The notes below the pieces were generated by a model. It was not told where the DNA came from. It made no database searches and saw only the letters and a list, made by a program, of their open reading frames with translations. Shown piece after piece: positions 8,494 to 17,990 of a stretch of 64,000 nucleotides of DNA (positions within the stretch are counted from its first letter, which is position 1; each line of letters starts with the position of its first letter). The position numbers were made by a program, and so were the translations under genes. The stretch is from Sedimentisphaeraceae bacterium JB056. Lineage in GTDB: Bacteria > Planctomycetota > Phycisphaerae > Sedimentisphaerales > Sedimentisphaeraceae. The DNA lies in assembly GCA_044440125.1 (NCBI GenBank), contig JBITAJ010000015.1, positions 64,001 to 128,000 on the forward strand, written 5' to 3'.

Positions 8494-10584
8494 ATGCGAA
8501 ATATTTTTATAAGTTTATTGATAGTTTTTTCTTTCTGCCCGTTATCTAAGGGTGGCGGTCCATTATTTTTTACTGGAAGTGATAAAGCACGGATATTAAA
8601 CAATATGGCAGTTGATGATCGCATGCGCACAGTATCACAGTCAATCATATCAGATGCGCAAAATATAGATATTTCAACTTTACCGGTGGATGATTTTAAC
8701 TGGTGGAATTCTCCGGATGCTTACGCTTCAGATGAATATATGGCAGTGAGGTTCATGTTGATGGAATATAGTAATGCGGCAAGAAACTCTGCATATGGGT
8801 GGATGCTGAGTGATGATTCCAGTCTGGCTGAGAAGTCAAAGGCTATCTTGTTGTTGTTGAGTGAGTTTCGTTTTGAGTATTATGATGTGAATTCGGGAAT
8901 TGATTACTCTTCTGCAACATTGCCGGCTTTGCAGGCATATGAGCTTGTCTATGATTTTTTCGATCAGTCAGAACACAGCAAGATGGCTTTGTTTTTTGAT
9001 AATGCATTGCTGTCTATCAAAAAATGCAATGATTATTGGATGCAATATCATCCTGCCGGAAGCACAATGTCCAACCATGAAGGGTGGCATAATGTATTCT
9101 TTGCTATGTATGGATTTTTCTATGACGATCAGGAAATGATTTATAGAGCAATTGAGGGAGTGGGGGGCTTCAAGGCAATGCTCAGGGATGGTTTTCAGGA
9201 TGATGGTGTATGGCTTGAAGGTTCGCTGGGATACCATATGGTTCAGTTGACAACCATGACCTATATCGCTGATATGAGTTATAACTGTGGATATATCGAT
9301 AATTTATATGTATACAGTGAACAGGGACGAAGTTTTGTCGACACTTATGCAAATACTATAAGCCTGTTATTTCCAGATGGAATGATACCGTCTATTGGTG
9401 ATAACTATGGTAACCTGCGTTATCTTAAGACTTATCCTGAGATCGAACTGATTCATACCAGAACAGGTGACCAGCGTTTCGCATATCTTATAAACCAGAA
9501 CAGTGTACGAAACAGCAAGGCATTGCTTTGGGGTTTGCCTGTAATACCTCAGGATGTATCGGCTGTGGGAATTGGGTCGAAATTATGGCCGGAACATGGA
9601 TTTGCTGCATTACGTTTGAAAACAGATTCTGATTATTGGAATGGCGAATACGATACTGTATTTACTACATTTTCAAATAATGTTGCACACAGCCATGCCG
9701 ATGGACTTTCGCTAATGTTATACGGAAAAGGTCACCTTTGGCTGCGAGACAGTGAGTGCAAGAATGCCGGAACCAATACGTTTGGGTCGGATGTTAACCA
9801 GAATCTTAATTGGACGACAATATCACACAATACGATTCTTATTGATGAGTCGAATCAGGTGAGAAATCCGGAGCCTTTGGATCTTCTTGAATTCAGCGAT
9901 TTTTCCGGAACTAAAAAGATTCGTATTGCCGATTTGAATGGGCATTTATATAGTGGTGTAAGGCAGTGCAGGACAGTATTTTTGAATGATGATTATGTTC
10001 TTGATGTATTTGAAATAAACTCAGATGGGCAGCATAAAATCTCGTGGATTACGCATATAGACGGTGAGTCGAACTCAATGTCATACAATATTTGGCAGGA
10101 GAATCAGTGGCCTGAAGAAATGCCTTGGTCGTTTCTTAATGGTAAGTCAGTTTCAATGATGCCGAGTGTTTCATTTTGGGAAAGCTTTGTCAATAGTGAT
10201 AAGTATATGAGGATGGATGTAAAAGTTAACCAATCGGCAACATGCGTAAAAACGCAATATCCTGTTACTGAAATAGAACCGGTTGCTTATATACCGATGA
10301 GGCTTTTTGAGGTCAATGGAAGTTATGCTGTCTATGCGGTTGTTTACAGGACAGATAATTCTCCAATTACTTCTGACGCTAATATAACTATAAACGACTC
10401 TGATGTTGAAAATGTTATAATTACGGTCGAGATAAACGGCATTGAATCTTCGTTTGATTTGTCACAGCCGCTTGTTGAATGCGGCAGTGCCGGAGTTTTG
10501 GATACAGATTTGAATAAGGACTGTTATGTTGATATTCAAGATTTTATGATTCTGGCGGCTTCGTGGATGAAATCAACTATTTAA
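8494..10584 (+). CDS. Heparinase II/III-like polysaccharide lyase (PL15/PL17-like architecture) with half-dockerin-like tag
   Basis: SNHEGWHN, DDGVWLEGSLGYH, PSIGDN, HSHADGLS, SHNTILID. Tail CGSAGVLDTDLNKDCYVDIQDF..W. Confidence 0.82.
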   Translation: MRNIFISLLIVFSFCPLSKGGGPLFFTGSDKARILNNMAVDDRMRTVSQSIISDAQNIDISTLPVDDFNWWNSPDAYASDEYMAVRFMLMEYSNAARNSAYGWMLSDDSSLAEKSKAILLLLSEFRFEYYDVNSGIDYSSATLPALQAYELVYDFFDQSEHSKMALFFDNALLSIKKCNDYWMQYHPAGSTMSNHEGWHNVFFAMYGFFYDDQEMIYRAIEGVGGFKAMLRDGFQDDGVWLEGSLGYHMVQLTTMTYIADMSYNCGYIDNLYVYSEQGRSFVDTYANTISLLFPDGMIPSIGDNYGNLRYLKTYPEIELIHTRTGDQRFAYLINQNSVRNSKALLWGLPVIPQDVSAVGIGSKLWPEHGFAALRLKTDSDYWNGEYDTVFTTFSNNVAHSHADGLSLMLYGKGHLWLRDSECKNAGTNTFGSDVNQNLNWTTISHNTILIDESNQVRNPEPLDLLEFSDFSGTKKIRIADLNGHLYSGVRQCRTVFLNDDYVLDVFEINSDGQHKISWITHIDGESNSMSYNIWQENQWPEEMPWSFLNGKSVSMMPSVSFWESFVNSDKYMRMDVKVNQSATCVKTQYPVTEIEPVAYIPMRLFEVNGSYAVYAVVYRTDNSPITSDANITINDSDVENVIITVEINGIESSFDLSQPLVECGSAGVLDTDLNKDCYVDIQDFMILAASWMKSTI

Positions 10585-10604
10585 TCTTAAAGTAACTATA
10601 TATT

Positions 10605-12656
10605 ATGAAAAAAACTAAAATTATAATTTTGCTTAGTTCTCTATTTTTAGCTTCTCTGGCAGTTGCTGATGAAAGACCAAATTTGTTTTTTACAGACAGT
10701 GATATTGCCAGAATCAATTCTAATATCAAGAATGATGAATTTTTTAGGGAGCTTGCTTCGAACTTAATAAACAAAGCGGAGAGTGTTGATATTGCCAAGC
10801 TTCCATATAAAGATTTTGAGTTGTGGAATAAACCTGATATTCCTGACAGGAACGGGCCTAACTTGAGATTTATGCTGATGAAATTCAGTAATTCGGCGAG
10901 AGTTCTGGCTTACGCATGGATGCTTGATGGTGATAAGGAATTTGCGTTGAAATCAAAAAAGATACTTTTGTATCTGAGCGATTTTAAGTTTAATTACGAT
11001 GATGTTAATTCAGGTATTGACTATGCTTCTGCAACACTGCCGGCAATGCAGGCATATAGTCAGGTTTATGAGTATTTTGATGATCAAGAGCAGGAGAAGA
11101 TGAAAAGTTTCTTTTATACTGCCGTAAATGCAGTAAAGAAATGCAATGATTATTGGGCTTTGAATAATCCTGCGGGTGTTATGTACTCAAATCATGAAGG
11201 ATGGCATAATGTATGTTTTGCGATGGTTGGTTTTTTCTACAATGATCAAAGTTTGATCGACAGAGCAATAGACGGCAAGAGAGGTTTTAATAAAATGCTT
11301 CAATATGGCTTCCAGGATGATGGAGTTTGGCTTGAGGCATCGTTGCCGTATCATTTTGTACAGCTTTCGACTATGATTATGGTTGCTGATATGAGTTATA
11401 ACTGTGGTTATAAGACCAATCTGTATGAAAATAAAATTGATGGACGGAGTCTTTCACAATTGTATTTGAATATAATTGATCTTTCTTTTCCGAATACCAT
11501 GATTCCGCCGGTTGGTGATGGTTACGGGAAAGCCCGTTTCCTAAAGAATTATGGAGTGTATGAGCAGCTATATACAAAAACAGGTGAACCCGGATTTGTA
11601 TTTTTGATAAACCAGAACGATAAACGAAATAACGATTCATTGCTGTATGGCATGGGTGAGATTCCGCAAAAAACTGCTGCTCCAGAGGTTTATTCCAGAC
11701 TGTGGATGCAGCATGGTTATGCTATGTTGAGAATGCAGGAGGGAAAAGATTATTGGAAAGGTGAGGGCAACACACTGTTTGCTTCATTCTCGCATAACAG
11801 CTGTCATGCACATGCCGACGGGTTGTCTATAATGCTGTTTGGAGAGGAACGCTTATGGCTGCGGGATGCGGAGTGTAAGAATTCCGGAGCCAATACGTTT
11901 GGGTCGGATGTTAACCAGCATCTCAACTGGACTACTCCATCGCACAATACTGTTATTATTGATAATTGTAATCAGATACGGCATCCTGAGCCTCTTGGAT
12001 TGTTTGAATTTACCGTTTTGCCTGATCTTAAAAGAGTGTGTATTGGAGATTTGAACGGCCATTTGTATGAAGGCGTTAAGCAGTTGCGAACGTGTATTGT
12101 AACTGATGAGTATGTTTTGGATGTTTTTGAGGTGGAATCAGATGAGGCTCATGATGTTGCATGGGTAACGCATGTTGATGCTCGATCAGATGATATATTT
12201 TCAAGTCAATGGCGAGATGAGCAATGGACTCAGCAACAGCAGCCGGATGATGTAGTTAAAACATTCTCAAATAATACAGCGATTGCAAGTTGGTCTTTTT
12301 TAGGTGATAGGCAGATTTCTCAAACAGGGCACCAGTTTTGGGAAACATTTGTAAATGGAGATAAGAACTTCCGTATTGATGTCGTATGCAGTGAGCCGGC
12401 GAAATATGTGAAAACTCTTTTTCCGCTTGATGAATCAGCACCTCAAAAACAAATGCCTATGAGGTTGATAGAATCCAATGCTGACAATATTGTTTATGCG
12501 GCTCTGTATAGAATAAGTGATGAGAATATAGATGAACGGGTGGATATTGTGGTTTCAGAGGAAAGTAATACTCATGACTGGGATGTCGTGCTGAAATTCA
12601 GTGATCAAAGCATCAGTCATCGTGTGGCAGCAATAGAGAACAAAAAAGCAAACTAA
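10605..12656 (+). CDS. Heparinase II/III-like polysaccharide lyase, paralogue without dockerin-like tag
   Basis: Signal peptide; SNHEGWHN, DDGVWLEASLPYH, PPVGDG, HAHADGLS, SHNTVIID; collinear with the upstream gene. Confidence 0.82.
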   Translation: MKKTKIIILLSSLFLASLAVADERPNLFFTDSDIARINSNIKNDEFFRELASNLINKAESVDIAKLPYKDFELWNKPDIPDRNGPNLRFMLMKFSNSARVLAYAWMLDGDKEFALKSKKILLYLSDFKFNYDDVNSGIDYASATLPAMQAYSQVYEYFDDQEQEKMKSFFYTAVNAVKKCNDYWALNNPAGVMYSNHEGWHNVCFAMVGFFYNDQSLIDRAIDGKRGFNKMLQYGFQDDGVWLEASLPYHFVQLSTMIMVADMSYNCGYKTNLYENKIDGRSLSQLYLNIIDLSFPNTMIPPVGDGYGKARFLKNYGVYEQLYTKTGEPGFVFLINQNDKRNNDSLLYGMGEIPQKTAAPEVYSRLWMQHGYAMLRMQEGKDYWKGEGNTLFASFSHNSCHAHADGLSIMLFGEERLWLRDAECKNSGANTFGSDVNQHLNWTTPSHNTVIIDNCNQIRHPEPLGLFEFTVLPDLKRVCIGDLNGHLYEGVKQLRTCIVTDEYVLDVFEVESDEAHDVAWVTHVDARSDDIFSSQWRDEQWTQQQQPDDVVKTFSNNTAIASWSFLGDRQISQTGHQFWETFVNGDKNFRIDVVCSEPAKYVKTLFPLDESAPQKQMPMRLIESNADNIVYAALYRISDENIDERVDIVVSEESNTHDWDVVLKFSDQSISHRVAAIENKKAN

Positions 12657-12672
12657 CACTGAAGGTAACACA

Positions 12673-13719
12673 ATGGATAAGATATCGATGATAAAAGAAA
12701 TGCAAAAAAGTTCAGATTCAAAAAAACTCAGAGGTTTATTTGTCCTTGAAAAGTCTTTTTTCGAGGAAACCTACAGCTCTGAGGATGTAGATATAATTAA
12801 ATCTCTTGTCGATATATACGCTCCTCTGCAAACACGGGATATAATTGCGGATAATCCCGATATCCTTCGTGAAGCAGATGTGATATTTTCGGGCTGGGGA
12901 ATTTTGTCTGATAAGGACATGCCGATAGAGTATTTGGATAATCTTAAAGTTCTGTTCTATGGGGCAGGTTCTGTCAAGCATTTTGTAAATGAAAAGTACT
13001 GGGAAAAAGGCGTTCGTGTGAGCAGTGCAGCTCAGGCCAATGCCGTACCAGTTGCTGAATATACGCTGGCTCAAATTTTAATGGCAGCAAAGAGATGCTG
13101 GTATTATGCTGCGAAAGTTAAATATAATCGTACTTTTGCACCTTCAATTTGTGAAGTACCCGGCGCTTTTAATTCAACTGTTGGGCTTGTGTCTTTGGGA
13201 GCAACGGCAAGAATGCTCTATCGCTATTTAACTGCTTTCGATTTTAATTTGATAGCCTATGATCCTTATATATCATCTGAAGATTTAAGAAATATTGATG
13301 TCAAAATGACTGACTTGAATGATATATTTGAGAAGTCGGATATTGTTTCGCTGCATTCACCGCTTACTAATGAAACTGCCGGTTTGATAACAGGCGATCA
13401 TTTTATGAGAATGAAGTATGGTGCAACTTTGATAAACACGGCTCGAGGAGGGCTGATCAGAGAGGATGAGATGGTTGATGTCTTGAAACGGCGACCGGAT
13501 ATGACAGTTGTGCTTGATGTGACAGTTCCTGAACCTCCTACGCGTGAATCTTTGTTGTATGATCTGCCTAATGTAATTATTACGCCTCATATTGCTGGTG
13601 CTATGGCGGGTGAAAGGAGAAGACTTGGGCGTTTTGTGGTTGATGAGTTACGGCGTTATCTTAGCGGCAGGCCGCTTAAAGGTGAGATAAAGCATGAACT
13701 TTTGTCAATACAGGCGTGA
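12673..13719 (+). CDS. D-isomer-specific 2-hydroxyacid dehydrogenase
   Basis: NAVPVAEY, GLVSLGATAR, AYDPY, SLHSPL, LINTARGG, LDVTVPEP, TPHIAG. Confidence 0.92.
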   Translation: MDKISMIKEMQKSSDSKKLRGLFVLEKSFFEETYSSEDVDIIKSLVDIYAPLQTRDIIADNPDILREADVIFSGWGILSDKDMPIEYLDNLKVLFYGAGSVKHFVNEKYWEKGVRVSSAAQANAVPVAEYTLAQILMAAKRCWYYAAKVKYNRTFAPSICEVPGAFNSTVGLVSLGATARMLYRYLTAFDFNLIAYDPYISSEDLRNIDVKMTDLNDIFEKSDIVSLHSPLTNETAGLITGDHFMRMKYGATLINTARGGLIREDEMVDVLKRRPDMTVVLDVTVPEPPTRESLLYDLPNVIITPHIAGAMAGERRRLGRFVVDELRRYLSGRPLKGEIKHELLSIQA

Positions 13720-13908
13720 TAGAATCAGGTTCATGACTAATCTATTTTTATGTTAAAGTGACTCTTAATGCATATTTGCTGATTTTGAATATGGTGTCTT
13801 TTTGATATTACATCTGGTTTGGTAAATATTTATATGCATAAATACTTGAAAAAAACTAATTACAGATTATGATGATATGATTAGGGTGCGTTGTGTTTTG
13901 GAAAAGTT

Positions 13909-14928
13909 ATGAAATCAAATATAAAAATGATAGATATTGCTCGGCAATTGGGGTTGTCGCGTTCTACTGTAAGCAGGGCATTAGCAGACAGTCCGCTTAT
14001 AAATACCGAAACGCGAAAACGGGTTAAAGAACTTTCAGAGCAACTTGGTTTTCGTGCAGATCTCAACGCACGTTCAATGATCACGCAAAAAAGCAATATC
14101 ATAGGTTGTCTTGTATACTCATTAGCTTACAATGCTCCTCTTGCATCTATATTAGAAGTTGTACAGGAGCGTTTGAAATCGCTCAATTATGAGCTTTATA
14201 TTGTTAGTGGTGCCAATGATCCTGAGCTTCAAAGTTATCTTGTAGACAGGATGCTTTCAAGGCGTGTTGACGGGGTTATTTTGGTGCCTCCTCCAGTGAA
14301 TCCTATAACCAGATATGAGCCATTGAATATGGTGATTCAAGCCGGTGTCCCCTGTACTGTTTTTGGTTACTATTTTGACTGTCCTCTAAATCAAGTTTGT
14401 GTGGATTTGTTTTTAACCGGATATACTATAGGGCGTCACTTGATAGATATTGGGCATAAAAATATTGCTACGGTTTATCTTGATGCCGATGATCCTCGTA
14501 TCGCAGGTATGAAAAAGGCTCTTTCAGAGAGTGGAATGTCTTTGCCGGAAAAATACTTTATTCAGCGCAAGCCACATAAATATGGAGAGCCGGGATTTAA
14601 GTCTAACTGTGATCGGTTATGCAAGAAGATTATAGAAAGCGGTGCATCTGCTGTTTTTGTTGACAGTGATTACGTGTCTGTCTATGCCGTTAACAGTCTA
14701 AAGAAGCTTGGTGTGTCAGTTCCCAGTCAAATCGCAGTTGCTACCGCTGGAAATTCATTGCCGCTTAATTCTTTAACACCTTCAATAACTTCTTATGAAT
14801 GGCCGTATGACCTTCTGGCTGATACACTTGCTGATGTGATTGTTGAAGCAGTTGAGAAACCTTCTGCTCCGGTTAAGCACATCAATTTGCCGGGTTCTCT
14901 GGTTATTCGTGAATCTACATGTTCTTAA
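13909..14928 (+). CDS. LacI-family transcriptional regulator (paralogue B)
   Basis: MKSNIKMIDIARQLGLSRSTVSRAL; aligns end to end with 2788-3819; start set by homology. Confidence 0.95.
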   Translation: MKSNIKMIDIARQLGLSRSTVSRALADSPLINTETRKRVKELSEQLGFRADLNARSMITQKSNIIGCLVYSLAYNAPLASILEVVQERLKSLNYELYIVSGANDPELQSYLVDRMLSRRVDGVILVPPPVNPITRYEPLNMVIQAGVPCTVFGYYFDCPLNQVCVDLFLTGYTIGRHLIDIGHKNIATVYLDADDPRIAGMKKALSESGMSLPEKYFIQRKPHKYGEPGFKSNCDRLCKKIIESGASAVFVDSDYVSVYAVNSLKKLGVSVPSQIAVATAGNSLPLNSLTPSITSYEWPYDLLADTLADVIVEAVEKPSAPVKHINLPGSLVIRESTCS

Positions 14929-15108
14929 GGAAAAGTTATGGGTGTTATATAGCCGTATCAAAGAGGGGCAAAAGGAATACGAAGCTACTACAATCAGTAT
15001 ATTTATAAATAACTTGACTTTGCTATTATGTATAATATATACTTTAAGCAGTTGGTGCACGTTTTCAGGATTGTTTTTGGATGTTTTATTTAAGTTAAGA
15101 GTGTGCGA

Positions 15109-16848
15109 ATGTTTAAATATATATTGAGTTTGTGTGTTGTGTTGTTTGTTTCGTACTGTTGTTATGGTGTCACTTCTACATTTGATGACCAGGGGAATAC
15201 TACCTATACCAATGGTGCATCTATTGATGAGATAATCGGAGCAGATGTGTGGCATACGGCCGGGTATTACGGTTCCACTGTTAATGTGGCTAATGTTGAG
15301 GCCGGTCTTGCTGCTGATACTTTTACGCCCATATCATCGGCTCTTGCGAGTACTGATCAATATTATTACACACCGGCGACAGGTCTGACTACTACTGCGG
15401 ATTTCTATGATCTTCATGCTACCCAGACATCGACAGCCATGGCGGGAAGAAGCGTAAATCCGGCGTATAATGGAATTGCCAGTCAGGCAACCCTATACAG
15501 CGGGGCGGTAGCTACTGCTTTTGGTGAAAGCGGGAGCTTCAGTGTAAGCGATCAGAGCGTATACAATGGGTATTCCCAATATTATGGAGACAGTAAAAAC
15601 ATAAGTGTTATCAATAGCTCTTGGGGAGGGTCGACATACAGAACAACCTCAGGCTTGATAATAGATGCCCTGGCCTACAACAACACAACAACACTTCAGG
15701 TCTTCTCAGCGGGCAATTCGGGACCGGCGGAGAATACGGTCAGTGCCCCGGGTGTTAATTCACTTGTTGTCGGAGCTTCTGCTAACGGCAATGAAACGGC
15801 GAATTCATCGACTTTCATACCGCCTACGGAATTCAATACCTACGATAAGCTGGCGAGCTTTTCATCGATAGGGCCATCAAACTGGACTTTCTTCCGTGTA
15901 GAAGAAGATGGCACACAGAACCTCTATGGGCAACTGGCAGCGAGAGCTTCGGTTGATCTTATAGCTCCGGGTTCATATATTGCCACTACCGGTGATATGA
16001 CAGGCAGCAGTTCAAGCAGTGTATTTGGTACAAGCTATTCGGCTCCGATAACAGCCGGTGCCGCTGCTCTTATGGTTGATTATGCCAATCAGAACTTCAC
16101 CGGTAATACTCACAGCGAGGCTATAGATGCGAGGGTACTCAAAGCGACTATGATGAACAGTTGCGACAAAAATGAGGGTTGGGATAATATGCAGTCTGTT
16201 GTCTCCATAGATGGCAGAGATGTTATTGGTACCGGTTATGCGTTGGATTTCAAAACCGGGGCAGGTGTTCTGAATATGGAAAATGCTTACAGTCAATACA
16301 CACAAGGACAGACCGGAATTGAGGGTACATCTGATGGAAGCGGGTTTTATGTTCAGGCCGAACTTAGCGGCTGGGATCTTGGGAAAGTGTCTTTGGATGG
16401 ATCTAATGCGGGCTATTATAATGATATGAACAATATGTATGTGTTTGAAGATTTGACTGCAAGTTACCATCTTACTGCTACGCTAAGCTGGTTCAGAGCT
16501 ACAGAACAGTACATGGATGATGTAGAGGCTGCGTTTGTAGGCAATGATCTGTATGAAGCAGATCTTGACATGGGGATCTATTACTATGATGATTTAGTTA
16601 GTGATTGGGTTTTAATGGCTGTTTCGGCCAGCTCTTTCAGCTTGACAGAGCATCTTGATTTCACATTTGATGCAGAGGGTGATTATGCTATCGGCGTGTT
16701 GTATGAAGGAAATGCATTTGATAATACACTGGCAGATATTTTCAGCGAGGATTACGCACTTGCATGGAATCTTGAAGAAGTACCGGAGCCGATTACTTTA
16801 GCTCTTATTGGTCTTGGCTCTATTATGCTGAGAAGAAAAAAGTGCTGA
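15109..16848 (+). CDS. S8 subtilisin-family peptidase with PEP-CTERM sorting signal
   Basis: Signal peptide; NVEAG, HAT, INSSWG, FSAGNSG, DLIAPG, GTSYSAP; C-terminus VPEPITLALIGLGSIMLRRKK. Confidence 0.88.
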   Translation: MFKYILSLCVVLFVSYCCYGVTSTFDDQGNTTYTNGASIDEIIGADVWHTAGYYGSTVNVANVEAGLAADTFTPISSALASTDQYYYTPATGLTTTADFYDLHATQTSTAMAGRSVNPAYNGIASQATLYSGAVATAFGESGSFSVSDQSVYNGYSQYYGDSKNISVINSSWGGSTYRTTSGLIIDALAYNNTTTLQVFSAGNSGPAENTVSAPGVNSLVVGASANGNETANSSTFIPPTEFNTYDKLASFSSIGPSNWTFFRVEEDGTQNLYGQLAARASVDLIAPGSYIATTGDMTGSSSSSVFGTSYSAPITAGAAALMVDYANQNFTGNTHSEAIDARVLKATMMNSCDKNEGWDNMQSVVSIDGRDVIGTGYALDFKTGAGVLNMENAYSQYTQGQTGIEGTSDGSGFYVQAELSGWDLGKVSLDGSNAGYYNDMNNMYVFEDLTASYHLTATLSWFRATEQYMDDVEAAFVGNDLYEADLDMGIYYYDDLVSDWVLMAVSASSFSLTEHLDFTFDAEGDYAIGVLYEGNAFDNTLADIFSEDYALAWNLEEVPEPITLALIGLGSIMLRRKKC

Positions 16849-16862
16849 TACTATAAGTTTGT

Positions 16863-16904
16863 AAAAAAAAACACCACGTTGGATGACCCAACGTGGTGTT
16901 TTTT
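16863..16904. terminator. Bidirectional intrinsic terminator
   Basis: A-run, CACCACGTTGG / CCAACGTGGTG stem, T-run; lies between convergent S8 gene and purM. Confidence 0.9.
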
Positions 16905-16922
16905 AAGTTTCAGATATAATCC

Positions 16923-17990
16923 TTACAATATGACTTTTTTAGAGCCTTCTGTAAGCTTTCCTATAATTGTCGGATTTTCGCCGCTCTTTTTCAGGCTTTC
17001 CATTGCCGCATCGGAATAAGCCGGATCTATCGCTATCACATAACCTATTCCCATGTTGAAAACGCGGTACATTTCCTTTTCTTCGACAGGGCCGAGCTTT
17101 TGCATATAAGAGAATATTTCAGGTATTTTCCAGCTGTTTTTGTCTATTACGGCATCGCAGTTGTCAGGAAGTACTCTTGGAATATTGCCTACAAGCCCGC
17201 CGCCAGTGATGTGTGCCATGGCATGGACAGGGAGCTCTTCCATGTCTGCAAAGCTTTCAAGCATATCTACAATCGCTTTGACGTATATACGTGTAGGCTC
17301 AAGAAGCACTTCGCCGAGCATCTTTCCGCCAAGCTCGTCTATTTTGTCAGTAAGTTTAAGGCCTGCTTTGTTGAAACAGACGTTTCTTACTAACGAGTAG
17401 CCATTGGAATGTACGCCGCTTGAAGCGAGTCCTATCAGTACATCTCCGGGTTTTGCCTTGCTGCCTTTGATTATTCTATCTTTTTCAACCACGCCAACCG
17501 CAAAGCCAGCCATGTCAAAGTCGTTTTTGGCATATATGCCCGGCATCTCTGCTGTTTCACCGCCGATAAGAGAGCAGTTGGCCAATTTGCAAGCTCTTGC
17601 TATGCTGTCAACCAGTACGGCAACTTTTTCAGGTTTGAGTTCGTCAATAGCGAGATAATCAAGGAAAAACAGCGGCTCGGCTCCAAGCACAATCATGTCG
17701 TTGACGCTCATTGCGACAAGGTCCTGACCTACGGTGTCGAATTTCTCCATATCCCTCGCCAGCATTACTTTTGTACCTACGCCGTCAGTACAGGCCACCA
17801 TTACGGGATTCTTGTAGTTCTTTTTGAATTCAGCACTGTCTTCCATGCTGAAAAGGCCGGCAAATCCGCCGTGCAGATTTATAACACGCGGACTGAAGGT
17901 TGCTTTTACGCTGTCTTTAATTTTATCGACCATTTGGTCGTTGGCATCAATATTTACGCCGGATTGCTCATAACTTACATAATCAGCCAT
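16923..17990 (-). CDS. purM: Phosphoribosylformylglycinamidine cyclo-ligase (AIR synthetase)
   Basis: YEQSGVNID, CTDGVGTK, GAEPLFFLDY, IGGETAEMPG, SSGVHSNGYSL, AHITGGG, VFNMGIG. Confidence 0.98.
   Translation of the reverse strand: MADYVSYEQSGVNIDANDQMVDKIKDSVKATFSPRVINLHGGFAGLFSMEDSAEFKKNYKNPVMVACTDGVGTKVMLARDMEKFDTVGQDLVAMSVNDMIVLGAEPLFFLDYLAIDELKPEKVAVLVDSIARACKLANCSLIGGETAEMPGIYAKNDFDMAGFAVGVVEKDRIIKGSKAKPGDVLIGLASSGVHSNGYSLVRNVCFNKAGLKLTDKIDELGGKMLGEVLLEPTRIYVKAIVDMLESFADMEELPVHAMAHITGGGLVGNIPRVLPDNCDAVIDKNSWKIPEIFSYMQKLGPVEEKEMYRVFNMGIGYVIAIDPAYSDAAMESLKKSGENPTIIGKLTEGSKKVIL

Noticed and set aside
2721..14102. Similar antisense ORFs at 2721-2981 and 13881-14102
   Set aside because: Their similarity simply reflects the duplicated LacI genes on the opposite strand.
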